This document shows positions 1 to 7,773 of a stretch of DNA of 64,000 bases, in pieces. Both the position numbers and the translations under genes were made by a program. Every line of letters begins with the position of its first letter. Position 1 is the stretch's first letter. The DNA is taken from contig JAHQXB010000063.1 in NCBI GenBank assembly GCA_029856435.1, positions 7,609-71,608 on the forward strand, read 5' to 3'. The notes under the pieces were generated by a model. It saw only the letters and a list, made by a program, of their open reading frames with translations. It was not told the DNA's origin and ran no database searches. The DNA comes from Candidatus Jordarchaeia archaeon. Its GTDB lineage: Archaea > Asgardarchaeota > Jordiarchaeia > Jordiarchaeales > Jordiarchaeaceae.

Positions 1-967
1 CATATGTTTTGGGGGTTAAGGTCTTATAATCTTCTTTTAAGGAGAGCACATAAGCCTGCAATCTTGATTTTTCCTCAGTGAGCTGTAATTTTTTCTGGTA
101 AATTTCTTCCCTTTCGGCTGAAAGATTCTCCTCCCTTCTTTCCAAGCTGGAAATTTTTGTGCATGTAGAGTGGTATTCTTGTTCCTTCTTTTCAAGGGTT
201 GAGTTGAGTTCATTTATTTCGATATTTAGTTTTTCTAATTTTTCTGTGGCTTGGGATAGCTCCATTTCTTTGTGATATTTTTGGGAGAAGGGGTACATGG
301 CCTCCAGTTTATTTTTCATTTTTTCCAATTCAACCTTTTCCAAATATTTCTCTTTTCGAGTTTTTCGCAGTTTAAGCTCCTTTCTGGCTTCTCTCAATCT
401 ATTAGTCAAACCTTTAAGTTTCTCACTGTTTTCCCTGAGTTTTTCCCTACTTTCTTCGATTCTTTTCAGCACTGGGCCTAGCCCCAAAGCATCTACAAAG
501 AAATATGCGCGCTCATTTGGCTTGGCTTTAATAAGGTCGTTTACTTGTCCCTGGTGAATAGTTACCAAGGGATTGTCTGGATTTATACCCGCCTCGGATA
601 GCAACGTCCTCAAATTACGCAGGTGAATGGGTTTACCGTTTAGCCGGAATAGGGACTGTTTTCCCCTACGAAGAATGCGTGTTATTTCGACCATGTCGTC
701 GTCTAAATCTTTGAAAATTTTTTCTCCAAAGCTATTTTTGTTTTCTATTAATATGGATATTCTAGCAGCCTTTTCTCCGTGGCGTATATACCTATCAAGC
801 AATCTATGTCTCTCCCTTGCCAAAGATCCCAAAGCGATTCTAATTGCAGATATGATGGAAGTTTTTCCCGCCCCGTTACGACCCACTATTACATTGAAGG
901 TGGGTGAAATGGGTATCGAAATATTATCATAGGACATAAAGTTATTGAGTTTTAACTCCGTAATCAC
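1..967 (-). CDS. SMC/Rad50-family ATPase, N-terminal head plus the start of the coiled coil (partial; the 3' end lies beyond the window start)
   Basis: Absent from the ORF track because it runs off the edge. My own minus-strand translation from GTG at 967 gives VITELKLNNFMSYDNISIPISPTFNVIVGRNGAGKTSIISAIRIALGS...TIHQGQVNDLI. That covers an SMC-type first strand, a Walker A motif and a Q-loop, followed by K/E/L-rich coiled-coil-like sequence. The GTG start overlaps the TGA stop of the upstream gene (GTGA, 964-967). An alternative ATG lies at 937. Confidence 0.7.
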   Translation of the reverse strand, partial: MITELKLNNFMSYDNISIPISPTFNVIVGRNGAGKTSIISAIRIALGSLARERHRLLDRYIRHGEKAARISILIENKNSFGEKIFKDLDDDMVEITRILRRGKQSLFRLNGKPIHLRNLRTLLSEAGINPDNPLVTIHQGQVNDLIKAKPNERAYFFVDALGLGPVLKRIEESREKLRENSEKLKGLTNRLREARKELKLRKTRKEKYLEKVELEKMKNKLEAMYPFSQKYHKEMELSQATEKLEKLNIEINELNSTLEKKEQEYHSTCTKISSLERREENLSAEREEIYQKKLQLTEEKSRLQAYVLSLKEDYKTLTPKTY

Positions 968-2355
968 GTTCTCGCCCCCCACATCTTCTGCATTGTTTCC
1001 TGAACTCTCTGAAATCTTTCTCGCTTCTCCTTTAAAACTTCAATACTTTTTTCGGGATTGGAAGTTAAAAATTCAAAATTTTTAGCGATAACAATCTCAT
1101 CCTTTGACAATGAGTCCCCACTTTTTAGCTTTGTAAGGGTTAAGAGTAGCTTTTCATATTTTTTATCGTCAGTTACAACATCCTGAATGAGAGCTTGGTG
1201 AAGATACTCCTCCCTTTGCAAGTTTCTTTTTTGTAACTGTTTTTCCTTTATTCTCTGCGATATCTCCGTTCTCATGGAGTGAGCTATTTCCAAAAGTATG
1301 TCTGTTGTCAATATTTTTTTGCGTCTTTTCTCCAGTAAAACCACAGCTCTGGAGACGAGATTTTCAAGATCCGCCCCAGAAAAGTTTTCCGTAGCCTCAG
1401 AAACCTGAGGGAAATCTATGTTCTTCTCATACAAGAGGCGAGACAGCAATACATGTAAAATCTCCGTTCTTGCTCTAACATCAGGTAGGGGAACAGAGAT
1501 TACATCGTCAAACCTTGTCCAAACCGCTGCGTCCAACAAATCCGGCCTGTTGGTAGCTGCGATGACTAGTATGGAGTGGTCGCACAGATTGGTGGAGTCA
1601 AGTTCGTCCAATAAGGCGGAAAGGACGGAGGACTGGTTTAAATCTCTGCTTTGCGCCAGAGCATCAAAATTATCTATAAAAAGAATGAGAGGCTTATTGT
1701 TTAAGTCTTCGCGGATGAATTTGAAAATTGCACGAATACCTAGAACAGTATCCTCTGGTGACCCTGTTGCCAAACTCTTTAGAAAATCGACTATTGGGAC
1801 TTTAGACTCTTTGGCTAGGGCATAGACTAGAGTGGTCTTTCCAGTTCCAGGCCTCCCATATACAAGCAATTTGCCACCCAGCTTAATCCCCTTAGATTTA
1901 AGCTCCGAGATTTTTCTCAGAAAAGAAGCATAATCGTTCAACTGTGCCTTCACATCTTCATAGTTCCCAAGGTGGTCAAATGTGAACGTTAATTCTTCGG
2001 GTTTCTTTATTATAACTTGAAAATCGATCTCCTTTTCACGTTTAACTTTTTGTGTTAAAAGGATTGTTGCTGCTAACGCCCCAACAACTGAGTCAAACTT
2101 CTGGGATAAATTTCTTTTATCTTCCTCTAAACCGTTAATCCTATTAGTGAGGGTACTTATGCTCTTCTTAACAGTTTCTATTACTTCCCCACTCAGACCA
2201 CTAGCACCCTCCTTTAGGGAGTCTAATTCTTCTTTTAAACTGTTTATACTGTTTACAACATCCTCCAAGGCGTCCACAGTTGGAACATCTGCCAAGGGCG
2301 TTGAAATGTAGTCTACTCGTATTCTTCTACTCTTTGGCATGATGCATAACCCCAA
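964..2355 (-). CDS. AAA+ ATPase with an N-terminal coiled coil and a C-terminal helical extension; subfamily unassigned
   Basis: 463-aa ORF. Walker A is YGRPGTGKTT, Walker B is LILFIDNFDAL, and the second region of homology is ATNRPDLLDAAVWTRFD. Residues ~30-100 are heptad-like. No MIT domain or PAN-type OB region is recognisable. Confidence 0.8.
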   Translation of the reverse strand: MGLCIMPKSRRIRVDYISTPLADVPTVDALEDVVNSINSLKEELDSLKEGASGLSGEVIETVKKSISTLTNRINGLEEDKRNLSQKFDSVVGALAATILLTQKVKREKEIDFQVIIKKPEELTFTFDHLGNYEDVKAQLNDYASFLRKISELKSKGIKLGGKLLVYGRPGTGKTTLVYALAKESKVPIVDFLKSLATGSPEDTVLGIRAIFKFIREDLNNKPLILFIDNFDALAQSRDLNQSSVLSALLDELDSTNLCDHSILVIAATNRPDLLDAAVWTRFDDVISVPLPDVRARTEILHVLLSRLLYEKNIDFPQVSEATENFSGADLENLVSRAVVLLEKRRKKILTTDILLEIAHSMRTEISQRIKEKQLQKRNLQREEYLHQALIQDVVTDDKKYEKLLLTLTKLKSGDSLSKDEIVIAKNFEFLTSNPEKSIEVLKEKRERFQRVQETMQKMWGART

Positions 2356-2465
2356 TTTTAGTAAGAGGCACCGCTCCCAGAAAATGTTTTAACTATTTAG
2401 TGTTTTAATGTATAATCAACAAGGGGTACTAAAATATTTCTAGTGGATTTTAAAAGGTAGGAGAA

Positions 2466-2690
2466 ATGAGCGAAAAATATATCACTTTGACCAAGCACTT
2501 CGTCGGAAAATGGAAATGGAACTGTCTAATCTGCTCCCTTGATATCGATCCAGCTAAAGACGCGGGAAACGTGTACCAGTGCGGCAAATGTCGTTACATG
2601 ATGCACCTAGATGAACTCAAAAACTGGATGGCCTCCCGGAACACTAAAAGGTGTCCCTTGTGTGGATGTGAAGTTGAAATCAAGAGCTAA
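2466..2690 (+). CDS. Small RING-like zinc finger protein
   Basis: 74-aa ORF with the pattern CLIC-x15-CGKC-x4-H...CPLC. An AGGAG Shine-Dalgarno-like motif lies upstream of the ATG. It sits inside the ubiquitin-system island. Confidence 0.65.
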   Translation: MSEKYITLTKHFVGKWKWNCLICSLDIDPAKDAGNVYQCGKCRYMMHLDELKNWMASRNTKRCPLCGCEVEIKS

Positions 2691-2717
2691 AGATTCTAAA
2701 TTTTATGTTTAGGATTC

Positions 2718-3425
2718 CTATTTCTGAAGGATAGCGAATTTTCCACAGGTGGGACATTTTCCATTCAGTCTGACGTAGGCTTTTATGCAGCCCTCATGGA
2801 AGAGAACCGAGCAAGATTCACACTTCCAAATTGCTACCACATTGTTAAGGACTGTTTTGCAAAGTCCGCAGATTCCGCTTTTGGGAAGCAGTAGAGGGCG
2901 CAGATAAGCGATAGATGCGAGGTTTAAAGCTTCTGCAAAGGGGCAATAGGTGTGGAAAACGCCTGAACCAGCTTGACAGCCTATTCCACCCAACTGCTTC
3001 CACTCGCTCTTAAGCTCAAATACGTTTCCGACGCGGGTAATAACCCAACAAGGTTCCTTACAAAATCTTGAAAAAATTTTTTTGTAGCCATTTAGGAATC
3101 CTCTTGAAATAGCTTGTGTTGTCGCTGCTAGTTCTTCATCACGAGAATTTCTGAATAAAACATCTCGATTCACGAGATGACCCAATTCGTGAGCCATAAC
3201 AGCAGCAACTTCATCTTCGCTCCATCCCCTCAATTTTTCACTTATAGTAATAAAATGTTCCCTCACAACGCTTTTCCTCCCTTTTCTCAACTCAACGGTT
3301 TTAACACTCGCAAGCATATCCTTCTTAAGTTCACCAAACTTGGTTTTGAATTTTTCATTTTTTAAATCAGGGAACGCAGGCAGCACCAAATTTCTCAGAA
3401 TCCATCCCAAATAATGCTCACTCAT
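2718..3425 (-). CDS. HExxH zinc metalloprotease domain (M48/HtpX-like motif) fused to a C-terminal C4HC3 RING-type zinc finger
   Basis: 235-aa ORF. The N-terminal half carries AHELGHLVNRD (HExxHxxxxD). The C-terminus is CGLC-x12-CESC-x4-H-x2-C-x10-CPTC. Confidence 0.7.
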   Translation of the reverse strand: MSEHYLGWILRNLVLPAFPDLKNEKFKTKFGELKKDMLASVKTVELRKGRKSVVREHFITISEKLRGWSEDEVAAVMAHELGHLVNRDVLFRNSRDEELAATTQAISRGFLNGYKKIFSRFCKEPCWVITRVGNVFELKSEWKQLGGIGCQAGSGVFHTYCPFAEALNLASIAYLRPLLLPKSGICGLCKTVLNNVVAIWKCESCSVLFHEGCIKAYVRLNGKCPTCGKFAILQK

Positions 3426-3515
3426 TAGAACAGCTCCCGAAGACCAAACAGATAAAAAGCAAATAAGAAAGGTAAAACAGCATTTAAAAAGAATTCCGAA
3501 TATACAATATAGACA

Positions 3516-3633
3516 TTCCAGTTAATTTTTCCTTTTCGCTTCCAGAAAATATGGTTTTTTTCCGCCTTTTTTGGGAAAGAAGCCTTAAATAACCCCGGGT
3601 TAAGGATAGGTTTAGGAAAAAATTAATGAGAAA
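3516..3633. repeat. Dispersed ~120-bp intergenic repeat, copy A (inverted relative to copy B at 43187-43306)
   Basis: By hand alignment, the reverse complement of 3516-3633 matches 43187-43306 apart from a few substitutions and 1-nt indels (tttctcattaattttttcctaaacct...ttaacc(c)ggggttatttaaggcttctttccc...ccatattttctggaagcgaaaaggaaaaa). Confidence 0.6.
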
Positions 3634-3719
3634 CTCTATAAATACAAGTAAATTCTGGAATTCAAAGCCATAAAAATTTCAGAGTTTATGGAGAGTTTGA
3701 GGGCAGAAGATGGTTAAAG

Positions 3720-4580
3720 ATGGGAGATATAGATTATTATAAGCGTTTAACATTAGAAGCTAAACTGATTAAACAAAAGTACAAGACACTTGGAACCGGC
3801 AGAGAAGGAAAACTCTCCAAATGGTCGGGCTACATCACAGTTAGAAATCGCCCCCTTTTTGTTTCAATTCAGATACCTGAAGATTTCCCTAACAAGCCAC
3901 CCCTCATAAAGGCCAGCGGTGTTCAAACTAATTTAAATGAGGAGTTAGGCGTTCTCAAAAATTGGAGACAAGAATACAACGTAACAGATGTTATAGACGC
4001 TCTGAGAAAATATTTAGAAGAAAAAATAGATGCAGATAAGACCACACCAAGGAGGCTGGCAGAAGAACTTCAAAGAATGATAGAAAATTCACATTTACTT
4101 ATGAGTAGATCCGAGTATGTGTCCATTAGACTCACGAGGGACACCTCCAGCCTAAGAGAATACAGATTAATGGTTGTATTCCTAAAATACTCAAAACCAA
4201 GACTTAATGGAAAAGTAATAAACATTAAACTAGTTCTCCCAGAAGAATTTCCAACGGTGAAACCAAGAATAGAAATATCCAGCGGCAAAGAAGAAATAGA
4301 TTTGAATTTGGAAAAATATTTAGAGAATCTACCGCCTATGAGGAATTGGACTCCGGATAAGCACCTATTTGAAGTTGCATTATCCATTTTAGAATTTTTT
4401 AGTAATTTTGCGATGGCAGTTTGCCCAATTTGCCTAAACAAAATTACTGCACAGGAATATGATAGCGCCATCAAATGTATAAACCCCAGATGCCGGAGCT
4501 TGTATCACAAAAATTGCTTCGAAGGCTGGATAAGACAAGGATACAAAAGAGAATGTGTGTTTTGTGACACACCAGTATAA
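3720..4580 (+). CDS. Putative E3 ligase: two UBC/RWD-like modules followed by a C4HC3 RING-type finger (FANCL-like architecture)
   Basis: 286-aa ORF. Two modules carry the UBC/RWD signature (IPEDFPNKPPLIKA and LPEEFPTVKPRIEI), neither with a catalytic Cys context. The C-terminus is CPIC-x14-C-x5-C-x4-H-x2-C-x13-CVFC. Confidence 0.6.
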   Translation: MGDIDYYKRLTLEAKLIKQKYKTLGTGREGKLSKWSGYITVRNRPLFVSIQIPEDFPNKPPLIKASGVQTNLNEELGVLKNWRQEYNVTDVIDALRKYLEEKIDADKTTPRRLAEELQRMIENSHLLMSRSEYVSIRLTRDTSSLREYRLMVVFLKYSKPRLNGKVINIKLVLPEEFPTVKPRIEISSGKEEIDLNLEKYLENLPPMRNWTPDKHLFEVALSILEFFSNFAMAVCPICLNKITAQEYDSAIKCINPRCRSLYHKNCFEGWIRQGYKRECVFCDTPV

Positions 4581-4613
4581 ATCAATAAGACATCAAGATG
4601 CCAAGAGTTTAAC

Positions 4614-5765
4614 CTATTTTATGAAGTTTAACTTGAAGGTTTTAGGGGTGGCAAGATATTTTGATATTACAAATATATTTTCGCCAGACTTCAATCCAAC
4701 ATCCTTAAGCCTGAGTTCTTCCCCCAAGGGGAAGTGCTCCCTGTATGCTATTTCGGGGTCGGGAATGGCATATCTTTGGGAAATCTGTACTTTGATGTCA
4801 AAAACCGTAGCATTTGAATCCACGTTCATTTGCTGTGCTTCGTCTCCCAACCCGCAGAGCCAACAGTCAGCTCTTCGCGTCCGAGTCAAGCAATCGAGAC
4901 CCCCGCTGATTCCGTTATATCGAAACATCTCCACACTTCTAGGTAAGCCGAGCAAAACTTTTATTGCCTCTTGGGACTGAATCCCCGCTATTATGGCGTT
5001 CGTAGTTAGGATGGCTGGTAATTTTGGAGCTATCTTTTCCTGTATTTCTTTTGCGAGTTCCTCAGAAACTCCTGGAACTGAGACCAAGTTTTTAAGTTTG
5101 GCGTATTTTAGATCAAGCTCAGTCTTGTAGCCTCTTAAAAATAACTCTTCAACAATATCAAGTGTTAAACCTTTTATTCCGTACTTTTCCAACTCGTTGA
5201 ATAAATCGCGGGGCTTGCGTCTTCTCAAAGAACACCAAACTCTCTGCTTCTCTTTGGGAGGATAACACTCATAACAGGGAGTCACGTAAGGGATTATTAC
5301 ACGTACGTGACCAAAGAAACCATGTGTACCAGCATCAATAAAGGGTTTATTTAGAGACACCGCCACTGAGTTCAGATAACGGCGGCCTTCAAAATTATCC
5401 AAACTACTCAGAAAAATATCAGCTTTCCGATACACATCAATACTAATACACTCTATATTATCATAGTAAGATTCAACTTCTACGTTGGGATTCATTTCAG
5501 TCAAGTTACGTTTAGCAGCCACAACTTTGGGTGAACCGATATCCTGGTCTCTATACAACATTTGCCTACTTAGATTGGAGAGCTCCACAACATCATTATC
5601 TATTATAATTAATTTCCCAACACCCATAAGAATCAAATTTTTTGCCGATTCGCAACCCAGAGCACCCATACCCGCAATTAAAACAGTAGAATTCATCAGT
5701 TTATCCTGATTCCAAGCAACACCCATAACATTCACAAGTTTTTGTCTATGATAACGACCCTCCAT
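4614..5765 (-). CDS. Ubiquitin-activating E1-like enzyme (ThiF/MoeB/Uba family)
   Basis: 383-aa ORF. The nucleotide-binding motif is LIAGMGALGCESAKNLILMGVGKLIIIDNDVVELSNLSRQ. Two CxxC pairs are present (CYEC, CWLC). It is the last gene of the Ubl-E2-E1 string. Confidence 0.85.
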   Translation of the reverse strand: MEGRYHRQKLVNVMGVAWNQDKLMNSTVLIAGMGALGCESAKNLILMGVGKLIIIDNDVVELSNLSRQMLYRDQDIGSPKVVAAKRNLTEMNPNVEVESYYDNIECISIDVYRKADIFLSSLDNFEGRRYLNSVAVSLNKPFIDAGTHGFFGHVRVIIPYVTPCYECYPPKEKQRVWCSLRRRKPRDLFNELEKYGIKGLTLDIVEELFLRGYKTELDLKYAKLKNLVSVPGVSEELAKEIQEKIAPKLPAILTTNAIIAGIQSQEAIKVLLGLPRSVEMFRYNGISGGLDCLTRTRRADCWLCGLGDEAQQMNVDSNATVFDIKVQISQRYAIPDPEIAYREHFPLGEELRLKDVGLKSGENIFVISKYLATPKTFKLNFIK

Positions 5766-5794
5766 GCCAAAACCCTCACAGAAGTTTCACTTTT

Positions 5795-6214
5795 CTACCA
5801 ACCCTGGTTGGCGTAGTTTAGAACATATTCCCGGGCTATTTCAAGAAATTTTTGCGGTTCCCGTCTCTGCTGGTAAGCCGCCTGTGAATTAAGGGGATTA
5901 TCAGGGTTAGGATTGTTCAGCAGCGTCCTCAGAGCTTCTATAACCCCAACAATGTTTGTCTGTGGCTTCCACTCTCTCCCCAATATTGCTATACAAACCG
6001 AAAAAGGCGGCCGATCACCGAAAGCAATATTAGGATGCCATATCCGAGTGTGCCACAAAACTTCCGGTGGCTCAAAAGGAAAACGCCGAGTAATCTTAAT
6101 CTCAACCTTAAACATTCCCCCTTCGTAGGGGGAACCGGCGGAACCGTATATTATTCCGCGCCAATGAGTTAACTTACCATTCACCGAATGGAAGGTAGGC
6201 TCCTCCCTCCTCAT
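5795..6214 (-). CDS. Ubiquitin-conjugating E2 (UBC fold). The annotated ATG probably truncates the N-terminal helix (see finding).
   Basis: 139-aa ORF with WHPNI (HPN motif) and an active-site context FSVCIAIL. Also THWRGIIYGSAGSPYEGGMF, as in canonical E2s. Helix-1-like sequence (SERYWARLALEAQR) is encoded in frame upstream of the ATG but has no start codon. Confidence 0.85.
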   Translation of the reverse strand: MRREEPTFHSVNGKLTHWRGIIYGSAGSPYEGGMFKVEIKITRRFPFEPPEVLWHTRIWHPNIAFGDRPPFSVCIAILGREWKPQTNIVGVIEALRTLLNNPNPDNPLNSQAAYQQRREPQKFLEIAREYVLNYANQGW

Positions 6215-6367
6215 CCGCTGAGCCTCTAATGCGAGCCTAGCCCAGTAGCGTTCCGAATCAAGTTGAGCAGGCGTTTAGGAACCCCCTGAAGAATTATGTT
6301 CTAAGCTTCCATGGTAAGCTAAGACCATGTCGGAATTTTGTGTCGAATAGGAAATCCTTAAATGTTT

Positions 6368-6613
6368 CTAGAAGCCACCTTCAATATCAGAACTGACATA
6401 GAATATTTTATCGCCATCTTGAACTCCAACACTTCCCAGAGGGGCATTATCATCTTGTAGTTCAATACCCCTACAGGTTAGGGTGAGAGCACTTGCTGGA
6501 ACTCCACATTGTTTAGCCACTCTCTCTTTCAGAGACTTCACACTTTCCTCTGGGTCTACCTCCATCTCAAAGGGGGCTTCCTGACCGATAGCAGGTACAA
6601 TTCGGATGAGCAT
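6368..6613 (-). CDS. Ubiquitin-like protein precursor (beta-grasp) with a C-terminal GG followed by one extra residue
   Basis: 81-aa ORF ending ...SSDIEGGF. It is ubiquitin-sized and is the first gene of the Ubl-E2-E1 string. Confidence 0.8.
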   Translation of the reverse strand: MLIRIVPAIGQEAPFEMEVDPEESVKSLKERVAKQCGVPASALTLTCRGIELQDDNAPLGSVGVQDGDKIFYVSSDIEGGF

Positions 6614-6714
6614 TGTTTAACCACCAACAACTTAACTGGTAAGTGTAAATCTTATTATATGTATTCAGAGGAAGATGAACAATTTAAAGTCTTCTCATAG
6701 AAATCTAGCTACTA

Positions 6715-6749
6715 GAAAGACAACCTAGATCACGAGAAAGACAACCTAG
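6715..6749. promoter_or_regulatory. Two direct copies of GAAAGACAACCTAG spaced 21 bp apart, upstream of the Ubl-E2-E1 operon
   Basis: Exact 14-nt copies lie at 6715-6728 and 6736-6749. A partial third copy (acaacct) lies near 6778. They sit ~100-135 bp upstream of the Ubl start (6613, minus strand). Confidence 0.3.
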
Positions 6750-6947
6750 TTTACGGACAGCAACTTCGAATGAAGTACAACCTATAATAAGAGATGTTCT
6801 AATCCGCATTTCCCATTCCTAAAAAGTGAATCTATTTGTGGGTTTCCAGCCGCAAGTATTTGTGAAAAGTAAAAGGGACGTGAAGCGTGAGTCTATCTGT
6901 CCTTTTTTAACGAAAACTAGTTGTGAAGTCTTTTGAAAATTTGTTAT

Positions 6948-7637
6948 TTATTTGGTGAGCCAGCCATATTTTTTGTATGTTTTAATTCCTTCTTTTGATT
7001 TTAGGAATTGAATGAATTTTTTCGCCGTGTCTTTGTTTTTGCAGAAGGCGGTTGCTGCTATTAGGGTGCTTCTGTAAACTTGTGCTTCTCTGGGGATTTC
7101 AATTGCGTCGAATGTTTTGGGGTGTAGAGCTTTGTAGGTATTCCATCCGAATGCCACATCCACCTTTTTTCTGACTATGGAGCCTAGTAGTTCTCCGCAT
7201 CCATCGGCGAAAAGTGTTATGTTTTTTTGTATTTCTTGTGTTAGAGCAGTTTTGCTGGCTATTTCGTCCCAGACTCCCTTTAGACTGTCTACCGTAGATA
7301 TGGCGATTTTGATGTCTTTTTTTGTTAAATCATGGAGGGATCTTATTTTTTTGGGGTTACCTTTCTGTGTTAGGATTACTGATCTTCTGTAGCCTAGGAT
7401 GCTTCTGGTTTCTCTGTCTATTAAATTATTTTTTTGTAGTTCATCCATTATGTATGCTGCTCCACAGGTAAAAACGTCGCAGAGTCCAGTTTCGATTTTG
7501 GGAATTATTTCCGATGGCAGCCCTATGGTATATTTGAGTTCCACGCCACATATTTCTTGAAATCTTTTTCCAGAAATTTTTAGGGGGGTGGCAACATCAC
7601 AGCAAGAACAAATATTTAAAACCTGCTTCTGAGACAA
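6948..7637 (-). CDS. Periplasmic-binding-protein-fold protein (ModA/molybdate-tungstate-binding-like) without an obvious signal peptide
   Basis: 229-aa ORF. General resemblance to type-2 PBP/ModA proteins (DVFTCGAAY..., ILTQKGNPKKIRSLHDL, KIAIS, DVAFGWNTY). The assignment is by motif memory only. Confidence 0.45.
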   Translation of the reverse strand: MSQKQVLNICSCCDVATPLKISGKRFQEICGVELKYTIGLPSEIIPKIETGLCDVFTCGAAYIMDELQKNNLIDRETRSILGYRRSVILTQKGNPKKIRSLHDLTKKDIKIAISTVDSLKGVWDEIASKTALTQEIQKNITLFADGCGELLGSIVRKKVDVAFGWNTYKALHPKTFDAIEIPREAQVYRSTLIAATAFCKNKDTAKKFIQFLKSKEGIKTYKKYGWLTK

Positions 7638-7773
7638 ATATTTTCTCCTCCCTTTTACGGAATGTCAGAGTTATCAATAGTTTTATAATAAAATCTAATA
7701 AAATATGCCTCATATGTGGAAATAATGGATGATGGTGTAGAGTATTTGTGGCTCTGTTATTTGAGAAAAGAAA

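Noticed and set aside
964-2355. Calling the AAA+ protein Vps4 or a proteasome-activating nucleotidase
   Set aside because: No MIT domain or Vps4 beta-domain is present, and there is no PAN-type OB region or C-terminal HbYX-like tail. Only the generic AAA+ core is supported.
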